A DNA stretch of 64,000 nt, taken from contig JAAVZE010000001.1 in assembly GCA_022791495.1 (NCBI GenBank), positions 8,035-72,034 of the forward strand, written 5' to 3'. Under the pieces are notes generated by a model. It was not told the origin of the DNA, did no database searches, and saw only the letters and a program-made list of their open reading frames with translations. A program made the translations under genes and the position numbers. This stretch comes from Eubacterium sp. (GTDB lineage: Bacteria; Bacillota; Clostridia; Lachnospirales; Lachnospiraceae). Position 1 is the stretch's first letter; each line of letters starts with the position of its first letter. Shown here piece by piece: positions 43,624 through 51,238 of this stretch.

Positions 43624-43827
43624 TCATTCCTCCTTTCCTTCCTCAACTGCTGCCCCATATATCCGTTCATGGAAATATATACGGCTTATTTTCCCCGCTA
43701 CAGTCAAATAACCTTTTTCACAAAGCTCCTGGTTTAATTCCCGGATAATACTGTATGCCTTGCTCTGCTTTACTCCCAGCGCCTCACTGACCTCCTTGGC
43801 GGTCATCATAATTTTCTCCACTATCAT
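43624..43827 (-). CDS. Excisionase (ICEBs1 Xis-like)
   Basis: MTAKEVSEALGVKQSKAYSIIRELNQEL..KGYLTVAGKISRIYF.ERIYG. Confidence 0.8.
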   Translation of the reverse strand: MIVEKIMMTAKEVSEALGVKQSKAYSIIRELNQELCEKGYLTVAGKISRIYFHERIYGAAVEEGKEE

Positions 43828-44093
43828 CCACCTCCTCTTGCCTGCTCAAAGCTAACGTTCTCCGTATTCCTCATAGTGTCCGGCAGAGTTATCTCATCCG
43901 GTGTGCATCCAACAGCGTCGGCAATGCGTTCCAGTGTTGAACATTCCATGGACTAGTTGTCCAGTATCCAGGACAGTGTTTTTTCTGACATTCCGGTGTG
44001 TCTGCATACCTCTGCACCTTTTAGCCCGTTTTTCTCCACTATACAGCGATAACTGCTTACATTTAGTCTTAATTTCAGTCTCCTTTCTTTCAC
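43824..44093 (-). pseudogene. Second Cro/XRE-like HTH gene interrupted by an in-frame TAG at 43953-43955
   Basis: Manual frame ...NGLKGAEVCRHTGMSEKTLSWILDN*SMECSTLERIADAVGCTPDEI...; its TGA overlaps the xis ATG. Confidence 0.65.
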
Positions 44094-44118
44094 TCATGCC
44101 ATGCCTGCCCGGCGGTGG

Positions 44119-44322
44119 TTAAAAATTACTATCTGCTAAAATCTCAGTTACATCGACTTCCAGTGCTTCGGCAATCTTGCCGGCTGTTTCAGGCAAAACG
44201 GTTTTTTTGCGGAACCAGACACCGATATTTTGTTGAGATATCCCCATTCGCTCTGCAAGCGCTTTATTGGACATCTTCCGCCTTGCCATGATAATTTTAA
44301 TTTTCTTTACATCAATTTCCAT
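44119..44322 (-). CDS. Cro-like HTH regulator
   Basis: ALAERMGISQQNIG...KIAEALEVDVTEI; divergent from the repressor. Confidence 0.85.
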   Translation of the reverse strand: MEIDVKKIKIIMARRKMSNKALAERMGISQQNIGVWFRKKTVLPETAGKIAEALEVDVTEILADSNF

Positions 44323-44339
44323 AAATTCACTTCCTTTGA

Positions 44340-44460
44340 TTGTTTGTTACTACCTTTTGCTTGTTTTATCGTATATTATCATAACGATTTGCTTGTGTCA
44401 ACACCTTTTTACAATCATTTGCTTTTATTATTATTTACAAACAATTGCTTTTATTATTTG
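44340..44460. promoter_or_regulatory. Divergent cI/cro switch region with repeated operator-like boxes
   Basis: Four TTGCTT-containing boxes, including ACAATCATTTGCTTTTATTATT and ACAAACAATTGCTTTTATTATT; TTGACA on the minus strand at 44396-44401. Confidence 0.55.
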
Positions 44461-44492
44461 AATATGTTATACTATTTTTGAGGTGATTTACT

Positions 44493-44885
44493 TTGGGAAT
44501 AGGAAGACGAATGAGGCGTACGCGAATTGAAAGAGGGCTTTCACAAAAAATGCTCGGAGATATTTTAGGATGCTCGCAACAGATGATAGCCCAATACGAA
44601 AATGAGAAAAGAACTCCAAAATATGAGACTGTTGTCAGGTTTGCGGAAGCTCTGGATGTTGATATAGATTATTTAATAGATGCACCTTTTTCTTTCAAAG
44701 AGCCTGATGGGAGTATCTCTCTTAGTGGTAGTCTTAGTGCCGATGATGATAGCAATATTACCTTGCCATTAAAACGAAATTTAGAAAAAATATATAATGA
44801 ACTTACCCCAGAGGGAAAAAGGAAGATAACCGAATACGCAAAAGACATAAGAAAAATACCAGAATACGTCAAAGAAGAAGATTGA
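44493..44885 (+). CDS. CI-like XRE repressor (no peptidase domain)
   Basis: RGLSQKMLGDILGCSQQMIAQYENEKRTP HTH. Confidence 0.85.
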   Translation: MGIGRRMRRTRIERGLSQKMLGDILGCSQQMIAQYENEKRTPKYETVVRFAEALDVDIDYLIDAPFSFKEPDGSISLSGSLSADDDSNITLPLKRNLEKIYNELTPEGKRKITEYAKDIRKIPEYVKEED

Positions 44886-44986
44886 TTTGCGCCGACGCAA
44901 ATGACAACTGAATATACGATATGCTTACCAAGGCAGCTGGAGGCGGTCACTACCCGTTCCGAGTCTTGCGGAAGGAGTGGTGCCTT

Positions 44987-45070
44987 ATGAGTACATATGA
45001 GGAATTCATGATTTTGCTGACTGTCGGTCTCCTGATCGTGGCAATTCTGAATCTGAAAAATAAGAAATAA
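44987..45070 (+). CDS. Type I toxin-like 27-aa peptide MSTYEEFMILLTVGLLIVAILNLKNKK
   Basis: AAGGAG RBS, single hydrophobic helix and Lys-rich tail, typical of holin-like type I toxins. Confidence 0.8.
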   Translation: MSTYEEFMILLTVGLLIVAILNLKNKK

Positions 45071-45166
45071 CCGCCCTGCTCCCGGCTAAAGGTAGGACGG
45101 TTATTTTGTAACTAATACTTATTGTGCCGGTACGGGTAGCAAGCCCTACCGTCCGGCTGTCTTGTT
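45062..45166 (-). ncRNA. Putative cis-antisense antitoxin RNA
   Basis: Minus-strand promoter TTGACA(45197-45202)-18-TATAAT(45173-45178) with extended TG; two hairpins, the distal one abutting the toxin stop. Ends are approximate. Confidence 0.65.
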
Positions 45167-45292
45167 AAATATATTATAGCATTCTCCCTCTCACTCTGTC
45201 AAGGATTTTGCCATGGCCGCAGTTCGGGAAAACAACGGATCATCTTTCACTCATGCCATGCCTGCCCGACCGGAATGAAAGGAAGATGATAT

Positions 45293-46342
45293 ATGCCTGT
45301 CTACAAAGACAATGAACGCAGTACTTACTACGTAAAATGCTATTATACGGACTACACTGGCAACAGAAGGCAGAAAAAGAAGCGGGGCTTTAAGCTCCAG
45401 CGCGAAGCAAAGGAATGGGAGCGGGATTTCCTGGAGAAACAGCAGGGCACCCCGGAAATGACTTTTCGTACCCTGGTATCACTTTACCTTGAAGATACCG
45501 GGACCAGGCGAAAACGCACCACATTTAAAGCGTATGAAAGCCACTGCAATAATGCACTGCTGCCTACCTTTGGGGAAATTCCCATAAACCAGATAACTCC
45601 ATCTACTATCAGGGCATGGCAGAACAGCCTGATCACTGAACAGCGATACGGCCAGTATACCATGCTGAGTATTAATAATACACTTTCCCGAATCTTCAAT
45701 TTCGCTGTAAGGTATTATAACCTGCCATTCAATCCCTGCAAGAAGGCCGGGACGATCGGTAAACGCAATAGAAGGACAACATTTTGGACGAAACACGAGT
45801 ACGACTTATTTATAAAACACGTAGAAGATCCCCAGGCAAAGCTTGGATTTGAAGTCCTGTATTTCTCCGGCTGCCGGATCGGGGAACTGCTCGCCCTTAC
45901 ACCCGAGGATATTGATACAGAGAACAACATAATTCATATAACCAAGACATTGTATAGAGAAAACGGACAAGATACGTTCACTACACCGAAGACACCTAAA
46001 AGTATTCGTGATATCGTAATGCCTGGCTTTGTTATTGATGATATCCTTGCTTATTCGGATCGGATATATAAAATCCAGAGAACTGACAGAATATTCACAT
46101 ACTCCGAGCAGACCTTCAGAAACATATTGCGAAAAATCTGTCCTGCAGCAGGTGTTAAAACCATTCACACTCATGATATCCGCCACTCACATGTGTCCTT
46201 ATTAATCGAGCTTAATTTCAATCCCCTTGTCATATCTGAGCGCCTTGGGCACGATAATGTAAATATAACGCTGGGGACATATGCACATCTATATCCTAAC
46301 AAGCAGGATGATGTTGCAAAATGTCTTGAAAATTTAAAATAG
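45293..46342 (+). CDS. Tyrosine integrase with an N-terminal arm-binding domain
   Basis: KKKRGF N-terminus; catalytic R (GCRIGE), K, HDIRH, LGH and Y (TYAHLY) all intact. Confidence 0.93.
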   Translation: MPVYKDNERSTYYVKCYYTDYTGNRRQKKKRGFKLQREAKEWERDFLEKQQGTPEMTFRTLVSLYLEDTGTRRKRTTFKAYESHCNNALLPTFGEIPINQITPSTIRAWQNSLITEQRYGQYTMLSINNTLSRIFNFAVRYYNLPFNPCKKAGTIGKRNRRTTFWTKHEYDLFIKHVEDPQAKLGFEVLYFSGCRIGELLALTPEDIDTENNIIHITKTLYRENGQDTFTTPKTPKSIRDIVMPGFVIDDILAYSDRIYKIQRTDRIFTYSEQTFRNILRKICPAAGVKTIHTHDIRHSHVSLLIELNFNPLVISERLGHDNVNITLGTYAHLYPNKQDDVAKCLENLK

Positions 46343-46359
46343 TACCATTTCAGTCCCAC

Positions 46360-46417
46360 AGTACCCTAGAAAAACTCCGGCAGACCCTTTTTTTTAATGA
46401 TCCTGCTGGAGTTTTTT
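46360..46417 (+). terminator. Terminator after int
   Basis: AAAAACTCCGGCAG...CTGCTGGAGTTTTTT. Confidence 0.65.
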
Positions 46418-46422
46418 CATGT

Positions 46423-46433
46423 ATAATTACTAC
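46423..46433 (+). repeat. Candidate att core (right), ATAATTACTAC
   Basis: Identical to 39775-39785; about 80 bp past the int stop. Confidence 0.7.
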
Positions 46434-46460
46434 TTAATATTCCTTGCTGCACTTTTGCAT

Positions 46461-46553
46461 AAAAAATAGTGCCCCAACTCTGGTAAAGTAAGGCACTATA
46501 TTTTGCACTTTTTTGCCGGGAGGCAGGATTAAGCTACCTGTACCCCTTTTACT
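46461..46553 (-). ncRNA. Candidate ~90-nt small RNA or terminated leader
   Basis: Promoter TTGATA(46583-46588)-17-TATAAT(46560-46565) with extended TG; terminator stem at 46466-46499 plus U tract. Confidence 0.5.
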
Positions 46554-46695
46554 AAACATATTATAGCATTTGTCCTCAATTATATCAAAAATTTTGCCTG
46601 GGCAAGAATCTAACAAAATTAGAATATTTTTACGATCATCAAATGTATCTTTTTTGTCTCATATATTTTCTATTGATTATTAAAAATGAGTAATA

Positions 46696-47772
46696 TCAAA
46701 AACTCCCGATACAGTCAAAGGTGAGCAATTCTTTCCATTTTCCCTTCCTTCTTATCCATGTTGTTTCATTATCCGATGCCATCCTATACTTTTTCCCTTT
46801 GTATAAAACTGTATAATTTATGCAGAAATCATCAGCATTATACCAAGTGGGATTACCTATAACCTTAAACTTAAGCCATCTAACCCTGCCCGGTTTTATA
46901 CTAATCGTCCGCGAAAGATTTACCCTACGGTCATATGCGGTGTAATCAGAGTCAACCGCAATTGCACCAGACGACTGTATCCTTATTACTTTGTCCGAAC
47001 AATTTTTGAATTTCATCAGAAAAGTATTCGTTCTTGTATTATATGAATTAATATATCCACCTGCATATACATACTTTCTTCCCTTTACTTTTACTTTACA
47101 TCTAAAACTCTGCCCTCCACACTTCGCTTTCAAATAGCATGTCCCTGGGTTCTTCGGATAGACTGTTGCACAATTATCTTCTCTGTATACAGAGGCTACT
47201 TTTTTATTACTTATCGTCCACACTATTTTATCGCTTGCATTATTCAATTTTACTGTTTTTCCATGAATATCATCCAAATAGCATGTAATATTTGTTTTCG
47301 ATAACATTGCTTCAGACACTTTACTTATTCTAATATTACATTTTATAATATACTCTTCCGTTATATCCACTTCTGGGTACAGTACGAAAGTGTCCATTTC
47401 TAACAAAAACGCTCTTTCATAATCTGACTCTCTTCCATCCTTTTTAAATGAAATAACACCGTTACTTACATAATATTCATTTCCGGTATCATATACATCA
47501 TCTGCATAAACATATTTTGCATACTCTTGATGCACTTCTCCCGCAACCCAAACTTGAATATCTGTTATTTCAATTCTAAAATCACAATAACCGAATGGAA
47601 TTCTAATAAACTGAAATTCGTGTTCATCTGCATTGATTTCAACAGATGTAACTTCTCCTGTCTTTAAATTATAAGTTTTTGCTGACACCTCAATATCATT
47701 GCAAATAGCAAAACAAAGTACACAAAAAAATAATATTAAGCTTAAGAAACTTATTTTCATAAACCTTTTCAT
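46696..47772 (-). CDS. Secreted protein with a possible Ig-like (Big) domain, AT-rich
   Basis: Signal peptide; WTISNKKVASV...GTCYLKAK...CKVKV pattern. Confidence 0.6.
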   Translation of the reverse strand: MKRFMKISFLSLILFFCVLCFAICNDIEVSAKTYNLKTGEVTSVEINADEHEFQFIRIPFGYCDFRIEITDIQVWVAGEVHQEYAKYVYADDVYDTGNEYYVSNGVISFKKDGRESDYERAFLLEMDTFVLYPEVDITEEYIIKCNIRISKVSEAMLSKTNITCYLDDIHGKTVKLNNASDKIVWTISNKKVASVYREDNCATVYPKNPGTCYLKAKCGGQSFRCKVKVKGRKYVYAGGYINSYNTRTNTFLMKFKNCSDKVIRIQSSGAIAVDSDYTAYDRRVNLSRTISIKPGRVRWLKFKVIGNPTWYNADDFCINYTVLYKGKKYRMASDNETTWIRRKGKWKELLTFDCIGSF

Positions 47773-48034
47773 TTGTCAACTCTCCTATCATAATATATGT
47801 ACGTAACATAAAGTATACATTCTCTATGTTAATTGGGTATATAATTACAAATATTGTTCTGTTTCAATATAAATTTTTATTAAGTGCTATTTCTATTTTC
47901 GTCATATTGGGAATTATTATAGCACATTTAAAGAATATTTGCTACTGAATCTTCCGAAATAAAAGAATAAAAGAATCCATAGAAGAAATACCGCATAGAA
48001 TAAATATAACAATCAAAAATAAGGGTGACTTATT

Positions 48035-48955
48035 TTGGAAAATAAATCAATCCGACCAGAACTTTTTGCCACGGTCACTCAGGGAGAAGACACCGGAAAA
48101 CTAACCGTAAATGTAACCTCAGAACGGGACAATCGCCCCATCGAAGGAGCTTCTGTCCGCATTACCTACGACGGACAGCCGAACAATATCGTTGAAGAAA
48201 CCACCACAAATTCCGAAGGCCAGATTCCTGATGTGGAATTGAACGCACCACCTATTGATTACAGCATGGCGCCTGGCGCTAATAAACCATACGCAGAATA
48301 CACCATCTATGTCTCCGCCCCCGGTTATGAGACACTGGAAGTGAGCGGAGCTGAAATCTTTTCCGGGGAGCTGGCGATCCAGAATGCCGCCCTGCTTCCC
48401 ATCAGCCCCACAGATCCGACGGGAGCTGAATTATATGTCATCCCTGACCACACTTTGTGGGGGGACTATCCACCCAAGATCGCAGAGGACGAGATCAAAC
48501 CTATCGACGAATCCGGCGAGATCGTCCTAAGCCGGGTGGTGATCCCTGAATACGTGGTAGTCCACGACGGGCCACCCTCTGACCAGTCCGCCATCAACTA
48601 TTATGTGAAGTACAAAGATTACATCAAAAATGTAGCGAGCAGCGAAATTTACTCCACCTGGCCGGAAGCGACGATTCAGGCAAATGTCCTGGCAATCCAG
48701 TCCTTTACGCTGAATCGGGTGTTTACAGAATGGTACCGCAACAAAGGCTATGACTTCACCATTACCAGTTCTACTGCCTTTGACCACAAATGGATCCCCA
48801 ACCGGAATGTCTTTGAAAGCATTTCCAGCATAGTGGATGAACTTTTCACCAATTTTCTCTCCCGTCCCAATGTGATCCAGCCGATCCTGACGCAGTATTG
48901 TGACGGAAAAAATGTCAGCTGTCCAAACTGGATGACTGTAGTCTGTAGGGTATAG
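48035..48955 (+). pseudogene. sleC: 5' part of a SleC-like spore cortex-lytic enzyme gene, truncated at the prophage boundary
   Basis: IPEYVVVHDG, DYIKNVASSEIYSTWP, FTLNRVFTEWY and QYCDG..VSC. Similarity stops at NWMT; the expected QWG... segment and PG-binding domain are absent. Confidence 0.8.
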
Positions 48956-49132
48956 TCAAATAAATAAAAAGCAATTAGGTGATTATATCCATATTCTAGG
49001 CGGATATTGTGATGAAAGCGTAAAAGATAGAAATGAATAAATTATTAGTAATGCTAAGGTGTTAGGATCATTTAGCCATGTTCCCAGATAAAAAACTAAG
49101 GCCGGGTGATTAGCCCGGCTGATAAATAATAT

Positions 49133-50073
49133 TTAAAATCGTTGATAATTCTTATTTATTAATGCAAATATGTCCTGCACTTCCTTATGTAACGATAACT
49201 TAATTTTCTTTTGTTGTTCTTTGTTCTCTATTATTTTTCCAGCAACATCTACTAAATGTTCTTCTAAATCCTTAGTTTTCTCTGTCAGTTCGTAATAAAA
49301 ATCATTTTTTGCATACTTAAAATACCCACAATCACGAACCATTGCCATAAATTCTTTGTTAATCTGGCGATATTCCACACATAACTTCCCATTTGCATTG
49401 AAGTTCCCGACCAGATATTTCATCTTGAAACGCTGACAGCATAAAAAATGTTCCTCTGTATACTCTGAATCAAAAAAGTTTTTATGAGTCTCGTATGCCT
49501 TAGCCACGGTTACATATCTGCTTGCAGCTCTGTAGCACTGATTATGGATTTTATCCTGCAATGTATTCCCTAAAAAAATCTCCGAAAAATTTAATACACT
49601 TATATTTACTGAATAGAATATATTATCTGGGTCACTTCTTTTTTTATAATCTTGTGAAACATCAATATCTATTAAACAATCGCTATCTGCATGCTCACAT
49701 GCGTTGTCAGCCAGCTCACTAACAATCCTCGCAATTTTACCACAATCTTCTTTGTCTAAATTAAAATATTTTAAAAAACTCTTTACATCAGTCATTAATA
49801 TTGATACTGCCAATCGATCATCCTTATTAATAGTTCTTCTAAAATGTCTTCCTACTAAATCAGAGAAGAAATATCTGCTGTACTGTTCTGCTGAAATTGT
49901 TCTTTCAATATACTTGCATAATGGAGAGTATCTAATATCTTAACTTCCTTTCCTCCAAAATCTTTAGAACGACAATCTATCCGCACTATACCATGCTTTT
50001 CAATTTTTATTCGTTTATATTTGCCATTATAGTCTATGTAATTCTGTTCAAAAAAATTCTTCAAGTCAAACAT
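49133..50073 (-). pseudogene. Degraded AT-rich moron: fragments of a GHKL/HATPase-like protein
   Basis: IVSELADNACEHA N-box; the reading frame is broken near 49930 and at a T-run near 49445. Confidence 0.55.
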
Positions 50074-50170
50074 TTCTTCTCTCCTTTAAGACATTATACA
50101 CCAAGCTGCAATTTAGCACAATAAAAAAAGAGATACTTGGAATGATCCGAAGTATCTCTGATTCATTTTG

Positions 50171-50689
50171 TCAATTCTGACATATTACCTTCTTAAACTC
50201 CTTCCACATCTTATTGTCCTCCCCCGCCATCGGCGCCGGACAGCTCTTTCCATTTACGTCCCAGTGCCGGATGATCGTCTTTGCGTTTGGACAACGCTTC
50301 TGAATGTACTTTACCAGCCATTTGACCGCCTCTGCCTGCTTGTCCGTATAACCTTTGGTGGCACTGCACAGCTCTATGCTTACGCTGTTTTGGTTGGTAC
50401 ATTTATTATAATATGTTCCTGCCCCGCTTTTATTGGTGACAAAACCACCCACAGACCAGGCAACGCGGTTCATTGGGATGGACCGCACAATCACACCCTT
50501 TTTCCCAACAAAAAAGTGGGCTCCTACGCCCCACCGGCTTCCGCTCTGCTTCCTTTGGAAATACCTGCCGTTGTTTGCAGCGGTGTCGTTTGTGTTCCCG
50601 GTGTAGTGGATCACGATATAGTTTATGGTCTTTCGGTTTCTTTTTTCGTGGAAACAACTCTTGTGGGCTGGCATTTTTTTGATCTTCAT
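50171..50689 (-). CDS. Endolysin, N-acetylmuramoyl-L-alanine amidase (Amidase_2), catalytic domain only
   Basis: IVIHYT, AHFFV, SIELC and RHWDVNGKSCP zinc motifs. Confidence 0.9.
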   Translation of the reverse strand: MKIKKMPAHKSCFHEKRNRKTINYIVIHYTGNTNDTAANNGRYFQRKQSGSRWGVGAHFFVGKKGVIVRSIPMNRVAWSVGGFVTNKSGAGTYYNKCTNQNSVSIELCSATKGYTDKQAEAVKWLVKYIQKRCPNAKTIIRHWDVNGKSCPAPMAGEDNKMWKEFKKVICQN

Positions 50690-50690
50690 A

Positions 50691-50909
50691 TCACCATGCC
50701 TCCTTCCCTTTGATATAACTCGTTAACATGTTCCAGGCCGCTGACACTCCTGCCGCTACGCAGGAGATCAGCATAGGGTATAGTACCACTTTGGCGCTCT
50801 CCAGGTCTGTGATCTCTGTCAGCCTGTCAATTCCAAAAGACGCTATAAATGCCTGTACAAAGGTCTTTCCTGCTCTCTTTAAGATTTCTTTCCCGTCCAT
50901 CTTCTTCAT
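50691..50909 (-). CDS. Holin (two hydrophobic segments; MKKM possible dual start)
   Basis: KRAGKTFVQAF...AAGVSAAWN; located directly before the endolysin. Confidence 0.75.
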   Translation of the reverse strand: MKKMDGKEILKRAGKTFVQAFIASFGIDRLTEITDLESAKVVLYPMLISCVAAGVSAAWNMLTSYIKGKEAW

Positions 50910-51154
50910 CCTTTCTCTTCCAGGTCTGCGAGCCTGTGGTTTGCTACTTTGATCTGTTCCTGGAGTACGCTGCTTTCCTCTTCCAGCTTGTACATCCGCT
51001 CCACCAGGCTGTTGTGTTTGCTTACTCTTTTCTCCAACTGTTCGATTCTGTATGCGATCAATGCGGTTGCTTTTCTTCCTGTGATAAAGGATCCTGCAAA
51101 GGTTCCAATCATGGAGAGTGCCCCAACAATGATCATAGCCCATGCCTGCGTCAC
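50906..51154 (-). CDS. Small lysis-cassette membrane protein (TM plus coiled coil)
   Basis: GTG start with strong RBS; LIAYRIEQLEKRVSKHN...ANHRLADLE. Confidence 0.7.
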   Translation of the reverse strand: MTQAWAMIIVGALSMIGTFAGSFITGRKATALIAYRIEQLEKRVSKHNSLVERMYKLEEESSVLQEQIKVANHRLADLEEKG

Positions 51155-51238
51155 TCTTTCCTCTCCTTCCTGTTTGCACCGGCGCAACTGAAAAAGAGCC
51201 CTCCGGCTCATTTACTGCTTTTATCATCTGCCCCGAAA

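Larger units (their letters stand above)
39775..46433. mobile_element. Integrated ~6.65 kb phage-satellite-like element encoding its own capsid and scaffold
   Basis: Direct repeat ATAATTACTAC at 39775-39785 and 46423-46433; contains int, cI/cro, xis, rep, scaffold and MCP; lacks portal, terminase, tail and lysin. Confidence 0.8.

Noticed and set aside
43894-44097. ORF-track 67-aa ORF MSERKETE...
   Set aside because: No recognisable features; the overlapping frame encodes an HTH and couples to xis.
39775-46433. ICE/IME or encapsulin locus
   Set aside because: No relaxase or conjugation genes; the capsid is paired with a phage scaffold and phage regulatory/replication genes, not an enzyme cargo.
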